Source: Octopus vulgaris (Eukaryota). From it: 64,000 nt of DNA. The DNA lies in assembly GCA_951406725.2 (NCBI GenBank), contig OX597822.1, forward strand, positions 79,050,001 through 79,114,000. The letters are read 5' to 3'. The position numbers and the translations under genes were made by a program. Positions 11,269-23,028 of the stretch are shown here, one piece after another. Every line of letters starts with the position of its first letter. Position 1 is the stretch's first letter. The notes beneath the pieces were generated by a model, which was given only the letters and a program-made list of their open reading frames with translations, was not told where the DNA came from and did no database searches.

Positions 11269-11560
11269 GCCAATCTACTTCTGGTGAAGTCATGTGGTTA
11301 CTACTGTACTTAACAATATTACTAATTATAATATACAGAGCAAGGAGGAGAAATTATGTTAAACACAAGATGCAGTTTATATTATTTCTTCCCTTTGTAC
11401 ATTTTTCCATTGTGGTTATTTGCATCCTCTGCAGTGGGTGTTCGTAGTGCAACTGGATGCAGATCCACAACAGTTCATCAGGGGAACACTTTACTGCATT
11501 GCATTACACAGATAAAATAAATAAAACTGCACCTTGTGTTTATCGTAATTTCTTGTATGT

Positions 11561-12378
11561 ATCATCATCATCATCGTTTAACGTCCACTTTGCATGCTAG
11601 CATGGGTTGGACGATTTTGACTGAGGGCTGGCGAGCCAGATGGCTGCACCAGGCTCCAATCTTGATCTGGCAGAGTTTCTACAGCTGGATGCCCTTCCTA
11701 ATGCCAACCACTCCGAGAGTGTAGTGGGAAATTTTTACGTGCCACCGGCACGGGGACTAGATAGGCGTCACTGGCAATGACCTCGCTCAAATCTTCTTAC
11801 ACGTGCCAGTGAAGCGACGTTGGTAACGATCACGCTCGAATGGTGCCCTTTTACGTGCCACGGGTACGGAAGCCAGTTGGCTGCTCTGGCAACGATCACG
11901 CTCAGATGGTGCTCTTGGCACCCTACTAGCACAGGCATAAGTGCCAGTAATGTGACGCTGGTAATGATCATACTCGAATAGCTGCTCTGTCAATGATCAC
12001 ACTTGTATGGTGCTCTTTGCACCCAGCTAGCACGGATGCCAGTCATCGAATTGATTTTGATTTCACTTGCCTCAACAGGTCTTCGCAAGCAGAGTTTAGT
12101 GACCAAAGAAGGAAAAGGTATGCATAAGCGGGCTGGTTACGCTCCTGGCATAGGCCACAGGTTTTGGTCTCATTTGGCTTGCCGGGTCTTCTCGAGCACA
12201 GCATATTTCCAAAAGTCTTGGTCATTAGTCATTTCCTTGGTGAGGCCTAATGTTCGAAGGTCGTGCTTCACCACTTCATCCCAGGTCTTCCTGGATCTAC
12301 CTCTTCCACAGGTTCCCTCAACCGCTAGGGTATGGCACTTTTTCACGCAGCTATCTTCATCCATTCTTGCCACATGCC
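11561..12378 (-). mobile_element. RTE LINE 3' end: ORF C-terminus plus long 3' UTR with internal tandem repeats
   Basis: ORF HVARMDEDSCVKKCHTLAVEGTCGRGRSRKTWDEVVKHDL...KTRQAK*. The UTR has repeated GCACGTAAAA..GCACC units and an AGGAAGGGCATCCAGCTGTAGAAAC block, and ends GTTAAACGATGATGA. Possible TSD GTATGTA (11555-11561/12379-12385). Confidence 0.9.
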
Positions 12379-12530
12379 GTATGTACGTAAATATATACAT
12401 ATATATATAGACATCACTAAAGTGACAGAGGGTAATAAGTGGTACTGGCATTGCTAGAAATAAGAGTCAAACTGACTCATTAGGCACACGTGCACTATCT
12501 TAATGAGCTGACAGGGGAGACAAGCTCCCT

Positions 12531-12623
12531 GCAGTTGCAGATATAGCCACATCACCAGTGATTTTGAATTTTGATGCAAAGCATCTTACTTCTCATTGGT
12601 GATATGGCTATATCTGTGACTGT
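12531..12623. repeat. 31-bp-arm inverted repeat (hairpin 1)
   Basis: 12531-12561 versus 12593-12623: 26/31 complementary, and all differences are transitions. Confidence 0.85.
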
Positions 12624-12624
12624 G

Positions 12625-13044
12625 AGAGATCAACACAGTAGTTGTACTAACAAGTAATATTGTGGTTATGCATATTACTTGTTTGTACAACTACTGCGTT
12701 GATCTTAGCATTTTCGCTTGTTACAAAATCAGTCACTATGTGTTTGCTTGAAATATATATATTGCGAGCAGAAGCAAGCTATAGTCATCTCTAGCAGACA
12801 AGATGTCCAGTACTGAAGAGTGGCAGAAACAGCTCGAAACCAGGACTGGTTTGCTGGTCCCGTTGCTAGAATCAGTAGGGGTTTGCTCTGCTGCTTTCAA
12901 TTTATCGGATTCAATTCTGCATCGTTAACCAGCTCGAGATGTCCTTTTGGGGTTAAAAAATCACAGTTGAGTCCATTTGAATGGACAACCATCTTGAAGT
13001 GGCTACAAATATTACTTGTTAGTACAATTACTGCATTGATCTCT
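12625..13044. mobile_element. TIR element (MITE) with an extra internal copy of the right TIR forming hairpin 2
   Basis: Left arm AGAGATCAACACAGTAGTTGTACTAACAAGTAATAT (12625-12660) is complementary to both 12672-12705 (32/34) and 13009-13044. Confidence 0.75.
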
Positions 13045-13074
13045 TAGAGATTTTAGAACTAGCATTTTTACCTC

Positions 13075-13106
<32 letters not shown>

Positions 13107-13112
<6 letters not shown>

Positions 13113-13160
13113 AAAGAGAGGAGAATGAGTCATATATGGAAAGAGAGGAGAATGAGTCAT
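13107..13160. repeat. Perfect 27-bp tandem duplication
   Basis: ATATGGAAAGAGAGGAGAATGAGTCAT occurs twice, next to (TA)n. Confidence 0.9.
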
Positions 13161-13711
13161 TCACATAGACAAATGGATAGATAAACAAATAAACAGACTA
13201 AGAAACAGAGAGTCTGGCAGATACATACATACAATTAGACAAACTAGAAGAAAGACTAATATTGAAACACCAGCAATGAAATAGAATTTTATTATCAACA
13301 CAAAGAAATGTGGCTAATATGAAGTTGAATGAAGTAATAATAATGAGTACAGTAATAGTAATTAATAAACTGTTTATAACTATATACTAATTAACCAAAT
13401 TTAAAAGTAATCATTAATAAATTGAGTAAACAATTACAGTAATGACAACATAGTGGTGAGGCAAAAGCGGGAGGGGATTAGATTAGAGTAATAGAGTATT
13501 AAATGCCTTTCACAATTTAATTCTTTCTTTCTGTATTCTGATATAGATTTTCATACCTCTGTGGTCAATAAATTGCATTTGTTACTCTGTAGATAAGGAC
13601 TTGGTAGGTCAGACCACTGAATTAAAGACAATGTAATTGTGTGTGTGTGTGTGTGTGAGGGAGAGAGAGAGAAAGAGAAAGAGAGAGAAACTCGGGCAGG
13701 AGAAAAAAAAT

Positions 13712-13905
13712 TGAGCTACACCCACTGAAGGAGCCTCTACAATGTTACTCAACTTGTTAGGAATAGAAAACTAAATCTTTTACTGATCACACCCCTTTGG
13801 TAAAGACACGTTAAGCAATGTATGCCTAGATAATAAAAAAAGGGACGGTCACAGTTGGAATGCCTTTGATCAAAGGTCTGCCCGTTGGTGCTAAACAACA
13901 ACAAC
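13712..13905 (+). mobile_element. Interspersed repeat family D, (CAA)n-tailed (representative copy; more than 12 decayed copies in the window)
   Basis: Shared blocks GCCTCTAC, CTAGAAATAGCAGCCAAATC and GGTCAC.GCTGGAATGCCTTTGATC...CTAAACAACAAC. Other copies near 3337, 5900, 6160, 14345, 15690, 17690, 23195, 31010, 36455, 41570, 49380, 51180 and 60575. Confidence 0.7.
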
Positions 13906-15096
13906 CTTCAAAAGGCAAGGCTGGTTTTGTCACAGTAAACACAAATTATTATGAATGCTCTCAAGAGATCCTTGCATATATATTACTGGTAACTAAGTGA
14001 GCTGAGGAGGACATGCAAATTTAACTAATCTTCTATACAATTATATGACAAAATATCATTCCTAGCAACAACACTGTCAGCACCATTATCATCACCAGCA
14101 TTATTTTACATTCGCTTGCCATGCTGGCTGGCAAGGTTTGGACAGTCAGAGACAGTTTATAATTGAAGCTATTGTCCTGGATGGGTTGGGGACATGGGGG
14201 ATGATATCTTATTAGTACACTATATTTTTGGCAGGGTTACTATGGCCAGATGCCCTTTCTAATACCAACCGCTGTAGCAAAGTTTGAATTCACAACATGA
14301 GTAGATAGACCACCAACACCACCACCACTGCCAATACTACTTGAGCCACTGAAAGAAGCCTCACTCAGCCTGCTAGAAATAGTAAGGAAATTGCCTTCAG
14401 AGTATTGTGTACCATCTTAAATAAGGAAGGATACATTGCACAGTATATCCTATAAATAAGAAAAGGTAACAGCTGAAACATTGTTAATCATACCAAAGCT
14501 AGATCAGAGACAAACAACAGCAACAACAGAGACAAACAACAGCAACAACTACTGCTGCTGCTGTTGCTACTACTACTACAATCACAACCACTGAAACTCA
14601 AATTAAAACCAGTGTAATCTTAGGTTCTTGCTGTGTCATAGTGGTTGCTATTACTGTTGTTAATGCATGTAGTATAACAGCTGCACTGAACGGGTTGATA
14701 AGACTGGGGAAATATCTAAATAAAACAAACAACAGCAATAACAATGACAACAACAACAACAACATCAATCTTAAAACAGCGTCTGTCTGCTCACATGATA
14801 CAATAGAACTTCCATTATCTAATTATATAACAGAAATGGAAGTATCTAGAAAAGCCAATTTGATTAATGTTAATAATATTCAAAATAATGTTAATAGCAC
14901 TGAAAACAAAATATATAAGTAAATAAATAACTAAATGAGCAAATACATAAATAAATAATCATACACTTTAAAAGTTCAATATCATTGTAAAGACAGCTTA
15001 CAGTACATATGAAGTAAATACGACTTCATTGTGTAGGTTTTTCTCTATATGTAATGTTTCTTTATTTTGTCAGTGCGTGTGTGTGTGTGTGTGTGT

Positions 15097-15143
<47 letters not shown>

Positions 15144-16339
15144 GTGTAATCTACAAAACTGTGTATATCACGTATGCACTGTGAACAACATATTTATGTA
15201 GATACAAAACAATATTTTAAATGCTTCATGAATTACATCAATTTTTGCATACTGTTTTGAGTATGTACGTGTGTGTGTGTGTGTGTGTTACTTATATTTA
15301 TACACACATAAATATATATTATATACTTACATATGTATATACTTATATGCACACACACACACAACACATACATATACATACATATATATACATTCATATA
15401 TATATATGGAGAGAGAGGGAAGGAGAAGCAAATCAATTCTACTCTATATCAAAATATGTGTGTGCATATATGTACGTATATACATAAACGTACGCAATCA
15501 TATATGTTATTTGCATTGTCATACACATATGTACATTATTGTGTGTAAATAGATGTGCTGTATACAAAACAAAAGGAGAAACTTGGTACGTCTCTTGCAT
15601 GAAGTGCTTCCATTGAAGATGAATATGTCAAGAGTATATTGCAGCAGAAAGATCTTATTTCTGTGAAAGAACCTGAAGTATATCAGGGACCTCTACTCTG
15701 TTGCTTGGCCTGCAAGAAACTGCCACCAAATCTCCCTCCAATTAAGCCTTATCTCTCTCTCTCTTTCTCTCTCCTTTTTCTTTATTTTTTAAGACACTTC
15801 TGATAATGTAGTCCTATGTTTGATAAAGTCGTTTTAGACAGTGCTAACCTGAGGTGAAGCAACAAGAAGGTTATGTGGATATTCAACTAACTAGAAATAG
15901 CAGCCAAATATCCTTCAAATTATGTCTTATTTTATATAGGAAAGAACACACTAGAAAACAGTCCTAAATACATTGTGCTTGAACACCTTTGATTAGAGAT
16001 AGATCTTTCTTTCACTTATGCTGCACTGTGAGAGGGTCCTATGAGAGGGCCACTCACAGTGCCCCCTTCTTCCAAGAAATTAAGGAGAGCTGTGTTCAGC
16101 GGTAATCAACCTCTTCTCATATAGTATACTACAAAATCCACCAAAGAAATCATATGATATGGTGGCATAGACAATGTGCTGCACATCATGTAACAGCTTA
16201 TATATCTTTTTTGGAATGGTTTATCTTGAAGCAAATAACGATACAAATAATAGCATGTAAATATTGGGTCAAAAAACCCCCTTTGGATAGCAAAAGCTGA
16301 AGTTTGCCCCCTACCCTCATCATAATTTCTAAAAAGTCC

Positions 16340-16605
16340 ACTTTTTCATCCTTACATGAATCAGACAGAGTTTAGTGAGGCAGGTTTTCTGTGGCCAGAC
16401 ATCCTTTTTGTCACCTCACCTGTTTATAATCCAGATAATACTTCCCCATGGCCAGATGTGTTTACTTAAAATACAGGAAATTAACGACACTGCTTGTATG
16501 ACAGTGAATGACATTTACAACTATTGCATTTACAACTGTCATGTGATTTCAAGACAAAGAGACACAAAGATACACACACTCACACCACACATATTTACAT
16601 ATATT

Positions 16606-16637
<32 letters not shown>

Positions 16638-16770
16638 TGTATATGCCCATTCACAAGGTTTTGGTTATCACTGGGCTATAGTGGAAGACACTTGCCCAAG
16701 GTGCCATGTAGTAGCACTGAACTCAGAACCATGTAGTTGGGAAGCAAGCTTCTTAACTACACAGCCATGA
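16340..16770 (-). mobile_element. SINE family E (family-B head plus RTE-like tail), decayed
   Basis: Head CATGGCTGTGTAGTTAAGAAGCTTG...CACCTTGGGCAAGTGTCTT, central (CA)n, body as at 17195-17620. Confidence 0.75.
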
Positions 16771-17194
16771 GAGTTTGTGCATATATGTGTGAGTGTGTGT
16801 GTGTGAATGTATATACACAGGCACATACACGTTTGATGATGCAAAAACTATTGGTTTTATTGTGTTTATCGTTACATTAAAAATGCATTTCATAAGTTTA
16901 TGGAAGAACTTTTTGTTAATACATATTTTAAGACAAAGAGACATTGATATTTTAAATATCAGTTACATTAGGTATAAACTAATATTTTAAAATCCCTATA
17001 GACTCTTGAGCAATTTTAGAATTAACTGAAACACATGGACAATGCATTTCCTTAAAAATATAGTTGTGAATGAGTGAAAAGTTGAAAACATTTAGTCTCA
17101 AAGTACAGCATTTTAGAACTAATCTGAAGTGGACAGAGAAAACACAATTAAATGTGTAACTTAAGAAATGAGGAAAACTAATGAAGTGTAGCAC

Positions 17195-17620
17195 TCATTA
17201 TCGTCATTGTAACACTCACTTTTCCAGGCTTGCATGGGTTGGATGGAATTTGTTGAGGGAAATTTTCTATGGCCAGATGCCCTTCCTGTTGCCAACCCTC
17301 GCCTGTTTTCAAGTAAGACAATATTTCCCAAAAACCAGACATGTTTTTGTGGAAGATAAACAAAGGAGACTGCCATGATGGTGGCAATCATTTACAATTA
17401 TCATATCATGTCAAAACATGGAAACAGTAACATACACATGCACAAACATAAATACACATGATAGGCTTTTTTTTTTCAGTTTCTATGTACCAAATCCATG
17501 CACAAGGCTTTGGTCGGGTCAGGGATACATTAAAAGACACTTGCTCAAGATGCCATGCAATGGGACTGAACCCAAAACCATGTGTTTTGGAAGCAACTTC
17601 TTACCATACAGCCATGCTTG
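17195..17620 (-). mobile_element. SINE family E (tRNA/CORE-like head, GGTTGGCAACAGGAAGGGCATC body, RTE-like tail)
   Basis: Homologous to 32690-33070 (-) and 60889-61333 (+); 3' halves also near 19790, 20930, 28800, 38110, 46650, 58060 and 63367. Confidence 0.8.
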
Positions 17621-17930
17621 AGCCTAGGGAGATTTTATTTTCTGCATGAACATGTATTTCTATGCTTATAAATATATTCAAGTTGTGGATTAGAGCCAGG
17701 TCAGTCCTGACTGAGCTGAGCTTTGATTAAAGGTAATCATGCAGTAACTATTGACTCTTTTTAGGGGATACCTTTGATTAACTGTCCAATGTGTCCTTTT
17801 TCTTACTGAATATGAAAGGGGTGTGAGCTGAGGGCGATTTGGCTGCTTTTTTGAGTAAGTTGCTTAACCTGTTGGACAAAGTAGCCACAATATGTTCAAC
17901 TTCTTGGTTTGACTATATTAGAGCAATTTT

Positions 17931-18335
17931 CATCATCATCATCATCACTGTTTAATGTCCACTTTCCTTGCTGGCATGGGTTGGATGGTTTGATTGAGAA
18001 CTGGCAGGCCGGGAGGCTGCACTAGGCTCCAATCAGATTTGGCAAGATTTCTACAGCTGGATGCCCTTCCTAATGCCAACCCTTCCAAAAGTGTAGTCGG
18101 TGTTTTTTATGTGCCACTGGCATGGGTGCCAGTCAGGTGCCACTGGCATTGACCACACTCAAATGGTGCTTTTTACATGCCACTGGCATGTCAGGTGGCA
18201 TTGGCCATGTTCACATGTTGCTTTTTGCATGCCACCAACATGGGTGCCAGTTAGGTGGCACTGGCATCAGCCACACTTGAATGATGCTTTTTATGTGCCA
18301 CCAGCATGGGTGCCAGTCAGGCTGCACTGGCATCT
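17931..18335 (-). mobile_element. RTE LINE 3' UTR fragment with ~50-68-bp internal tandem repeats
   Basis: Homologous to the UTR at 11561-12045; (TGA)n tail. Confidence 0.85.
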
Positions 18336-18371
18336 ATAGAACAGTGTTTTTGAATAGAAGAAAATACTTAC

Positions 18372-18532
18372 ATGATGCCTGACTCGGTGCTGGCGTGTGT
18401 TAATGCTAACCACATTGTTGTGACGCAGTTGTTGTGGATAGACTATTTGATACGGTTTTGGTATGCTGTCCAGTAAAAGTCGATTGAACTCAAACTGGTA
18501 AAGGTATTTGGATGTTTCTTGTGGTGGGCCAC
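18372..18532 (-). CDS. Internal coding exon, probably the N-terminal prodomain of an ADAM-family metalloprotease (mind-meld/UNC-71/ADAM11-22-23-like)
   Basis: Acceptor TCTCTTTGTATTTTACCACAG| and donor CAT|GTAAGT; 161 bp, phase 1 to phase 0; open frame (G)GPPQETSKYLYQFEFNRLLLDSIPKPYQIVYPQQLRHNNVVSINTRQHRVRHH in non-repetitive sequence. YQIVYPQQLRH...I.TR resembles the YQIIYPVQLRH...ISTR motif I recall from insect mind-meld ADAMs. The exon call is firmer than the product call. Confidence 0.75.
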
Positions 18533-19213
18533 CTGTGGTAAAATACAAAGAGATATGGCTGGTTAAGAAATTTGGGAAACTACATCAAGAACAGGTAAAA
18601 TAAATTAGTATTTTTATTAATTGAGAGACTTCCATGTTATTCAGGTTGGTGAAACACTTAAAAAAATACAAATTTCCAGGAGATATTTTGTTAGTGTTAA
18701 TAAACAATTTTTGTTTTGTTAGACTTAATAAACAATTTTCATATCATGTTACTAATCATCATCATCATCATCGGATGTTGTATGCAAAGTTATCGGATCT
18801 CAAATATACTTTACAGCCAAAATTAAAATTGATCAGGCTAAAGTTTATTTCACAACACACCTAGGTTATTGAGGAGACACAAAAGAATTGTGACATAATT
18901 TGGAAACCTCTCCCGGCCACAGATGGGAAATAAGGAAGGTTTGCATGAGAAACTGTATGACGTAGAGATCTTTTTCAAGAGCATTAATAAATAATGGTAC
19001 ATTTTCACTAGGTAGCAGTAGGCCAGCATTCATTCAGTCAACTGAGCTGACGGTCCAATAAAAGAACTTTGATGTGATTATGTCAAAAAGTATAGCAAAT
19101 ACATCAAAAGTGATGCCATATTCAGATTCAGCACCCACTTGCTCTAAAATCACTTCAATAACTGGCAATGAAAATAGCATTGACCAGAATTATTAAATTG
19201 AATAGGTGCACGC

Positions 19214-19256
<43 letters not shown>

Positions 19257-19374
19257 ACCCATGAACAAATATAAGCATTACCATTTTCTTAAGTGTACAT
19301 ATGTGTGAGTGTAAGTAATAGAAATGCATGAAGATGTGTATACACACATGAATTAATGTGTATGTGTGACTGTA

Positions 19375-19422
<48 letters not shown>

Positions 19423-20660
19423 TCTCTCTCTCTCTCTTTTACAATAAAATGAATTTGGCCATGTCAATTTTGCAATCATATTTTTAAGTCTTTGAACCAA
19501 GCATGCTCTAGCCATATGAATTCCTTTTTCCCATATCACCATTGCTGGAGCACACATTGACACTTACCAACAAAAGAATTCTTTAAAAGACACCAAAACA
19601 CCAAAAGCTAAGCAATTTTTGATGTTGAAAGCTTGCCTGTAGAAAATAATGTTTTTTTTTTTTTGTTTTTTTTTCACATACATACATACACACAAAGATA
19701 CACATGTACATCCAAAGATACTCAACATCTTTAATATCCAGGAAATTCAATATTCCTTTCATATTTCACAAAAGAGAGAAGGATATATATCATCATAATT
19801 ATAGTTTTAACACCCATTTATTAATGTTTGCATGGGTCAGATGGAGTTTGTTGAGACAGATTTTCAATGGTCATATGCTTTTCCTGTTGCTCTCGCTTGA
19901 TTTCAGGTAAGGTTATATATATCACACACACATGCACATTTCAATATATGAATAAAGGAATGGTGGAAAGAAAGAATAAAGAAGTAAACAAGAATGTAGC
20001 TTTTTGTTAAACAGTACTTCAACTGCCTCCAATACACCACTACATGGTACCTATTTTCAATATCATTATTAACTGTGTGAGTGTGTGGAAGGGGCAACCT
20101 TTTAAAAGGGTTAAGTGCCTTTGCCATGTATGCAGTCCATTTTTCAGTGATAGGTTTCAAGCTACCAATGCAACCTCTATCAACATTGCCCAGCTGTGAC
20201 TTGTGAATATACATGATTCCACTCAAAGTGTGTGCTACCTTTATTGGATCAGAGAGAGAGAAAGAGAGAGACAGACGGACAGAGAGAAACAGCAGAGGAA
20301 TAAAGAGAGAGGTAGAGATAGGCAAATGAGAAACTGTTAATGGAAAACATTAACTGTGAAACATTTCCATACATCAACATGCTGTGATGTTATTGAGGGT
20401 GGCAAGTGTCAACTTCCATTTGCAGCATGGAAAGAAAGATTTTTCAATGGTTTTTTGGATTGCACGTGAGGAAATAACAATGATTATTATTGAATATGCT
20501 TGCAAACTGGTAAAATAGATCAATATGTGATATGTGCATGTAAATGTATGAGTATGTATGTGAGACAGCATTAATGTGTGTGTGTAAGAAAGAGAGAGAG
20601 AGTAATTGATATGTTGATATGGTGCATTTAAATTTCTGCATTAGTATGTGTGTGTGTATG

Positions 20661-20720
<60 letters not shown>

Positions 20721-21239
20721 TACAGTATTATATAACTGTATGATGTGTATTAAAAGACTGAAATATATCTGGAGTTGTCACCATATAACTGTGTTTCTCA
20801 TTCAATTTTTAATCAATTTGATTTTAGGAATTGTCTCTCTACTTTTGTCAAAAAGTATTATTAAAGCAATATTGAAACACTGAAAATTTAGTGGCAGGGT
20901 GTTCAAAACATTATTTATATATCAACATCATCATCATCATTATCATCATCATCTAAGATCCACTAAGATCAGCATAAAATGAAAGCCAAATTTTCTACAG
21001 AAAACATAAGAAACTGTTTCTGTTACTGCCCCTCATCTGTTTCCAAGCAAGGTAATATTTCTCTGGTCCTATGGACACAGACCAACACAATGATTAGGTA
21101 TTGTCTCACAGAAAATTGAGAACAAATAATACTGATTATATGATGGTGATATTAGTATGCAATGCCTAAGATGTTGCACAATGTGGCAGTCCTGCATTTG
21201 TCAAGCACACTACTTAAAAGATAAAGCCATAAATATAAT

Positions 21240-21700
21240 TTTTAGTTAATTAAAGCATTAAAAATAATTCTTATCATGGGTCAGATAGGCAAGTCCAAAA
21301 TTTATATAAACAGCTGAAACAGGGAGCACAGTGGAAACTAAAACTGGTCTTTGGTAAGTACAGTGGCAACACCAGCCTTATTTCCATCTTATTAGACCAT
21401 CTCAGTAAAGCATAATCGTAATTATATTTACATGACATTAGAATGACTATCAGAATATGCTGGATATTAGTAAAAACAAAACCCCACTCACTGATCAGTT
21501 AATATACAACAATGATAGAGGCAAGAAAATGACCAAGGGACGAATAGGTGAGTTGTCTAATATATTTATAACACAAGACATCCGTTGGAAATTTTTCCCA
21601 TGTCAGTATTTTTAAACTGCATACCCAGTTAACATTTTTTCACTAAAATACTATATATTCTCACAGTCATTATTATGTTGGGTAAGTATGCATTGATGAA
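21240..21700 (-). mobile_element. Highly decayed CR1/L2-type reverse transcriptase fragment
   Basis: Frameshifted remnants PLSLLYIN.D...YSD and WSNKMEIRL resemble GPLLFLLYIND...YADD...WS..WQL.L. Confidence 0.35.
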
Positions 21701-21799
21701 GAGATCAAATTGAACAGAAATGTCCAGATTTGCCACTCTAGATAATTATGAATAACAATATGAATGTTTTATCATCATTTAAAGAAAAAAAAAATAATA

Positions 21800-22016
21800 C
21801 TCTCTTTTTACTCTTTTACTTGTTTCAGTCATTTGACTGTGGCCATGCAGGAGCACTGCCTTTAGTCGAGCAAATTAACCCTGGGACTTATTCTTTATAA
21901 GCCCAGTACTTATTCTATCGGTCTCTTTTGTCGAACCGCTAAGTGACGGGGACGTAAACAAACCAGCATCGGTTGTCAAGCAATGCTAGGGGGACAAACA
22001 CAGACACACAACCCCC

Positions 22017-22093
<77 letters not shown>

Positions 22094-22253
22094 CAGGCTT
22101 CTTTCAGTTTCCGTCTACCAAATCCACTCACAAGGCATTGGTCGGCCCAGGGCTATAGCAGAAGACACTTACCCAAGATGCTACACAGTGGGACTGAACC
22201 CAGAACTATGTGGTTGGTTAGCAAGCTACTTACCACACAGCCACACCTGCGCC
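21800..22253 (-). mobile_element. tRNA-derived SINE family B, full length
   Basis: Head GGCGCAGGTGTGGCTGTGTGGTAAG...GGTTCAGTCCC, CORE/V-like CTTGGGTAAGTGTCTT, central (TA)n, tail CATGGCCACAGTCAAATGACTGAAACAAGTAAAAGAG. Confidence 0.9.
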
Positions 22254-22569
22254 TATACTGCTGCAGTATAATCAAGTGGGTTGTCCTTTGAGTGTTCAAA
22301 CAATGGAAGAAGGTGAAATGACTCTTGTTTTTCTTATCACATATATTATCTCCCCTCTACAATAGAGCTTTGGCCACGTTCAATAGAAAACACCAACCCA
22401 AGGTGTTGCGCATTGGAATTGAACTCAAAACTATGTGGTTGCAAAACTAGCTTCTTAACCATACAGCTTTGGCTGTGCCTATATGTCATGAAGTATTTTA
22501 AAGTATCTCACCAATCAGAAAAATGCGGAAATCTCTGAATTAATAATAATAATTATTATTATTATTATT

Positions 22570-22990
22570 TCAAATTTTTGCTACAAGGGCAGCTTGGAAG
22601 AGGTGGGGATGAGTCGATTGAATACATTGACCCCAGTGTTCAATTGGTACTTATTTTATTGACCCTGAAAGGATGAAAGGCAAAGTTGACCTTGGCGGAA
22701 GTTGAACTCAGAATGTAGCGACAGGCAAAATACCACTAAGCATTTCGTCTGGCGAGGTAATGATTCTGCCAGCTTGCCGCTTTAATTAATAATAATAATA
22801 ATAATCCTTTCTACTATAGGCACAAGGCCTGAAATTTGGGGGAGGTGGGGTCAGTCGATTAGATCAACTGGTATTTAGTTTATCGACACTGAAAGGATGA
22901 AAGGCAAAGTTGACTTGAACATAGCAACAGGCGAAATACTGCTAAGCATTTCATCCAGCATGGTAATGATTCTGCCAGCTTGCTGCCTTA
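22570..22990 (-). mobile_element. Two head-to-tail SINE family A copies separated and flanked by (AAT)n
   Basis: Two GAAAGGATGAAAGGCAAAGTTGAC...TTCTGCCAGCTTGC blocks. Confidence 0.85.
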
Positions 22991-22997
22991 ATTAATG

Positions 22998-23028
<31 letters not shown>

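Noticed and set aside
12055-12092. CTGTTGAGGCAAGTGAAA on the minus strand of the RTE UTR as a hammerhead
   Set aside because: The core is CUGUUGA rather than CUGANGA, and the paralogue near 36640 lacks it; it is better explained by a CTTGC/GCAAG hairpin.
18095-18335. Repeat-spacer-like pattern resembling a CRISPR array (also at 11740-12045, 43450-43715 and 61935-62090)
   Set aside because: The 'spacers' resemble each other, the repeats are degenerate, there are no cas genes, and the context is eukaryotic; this is the tandem array of an RTE 3' UTR.
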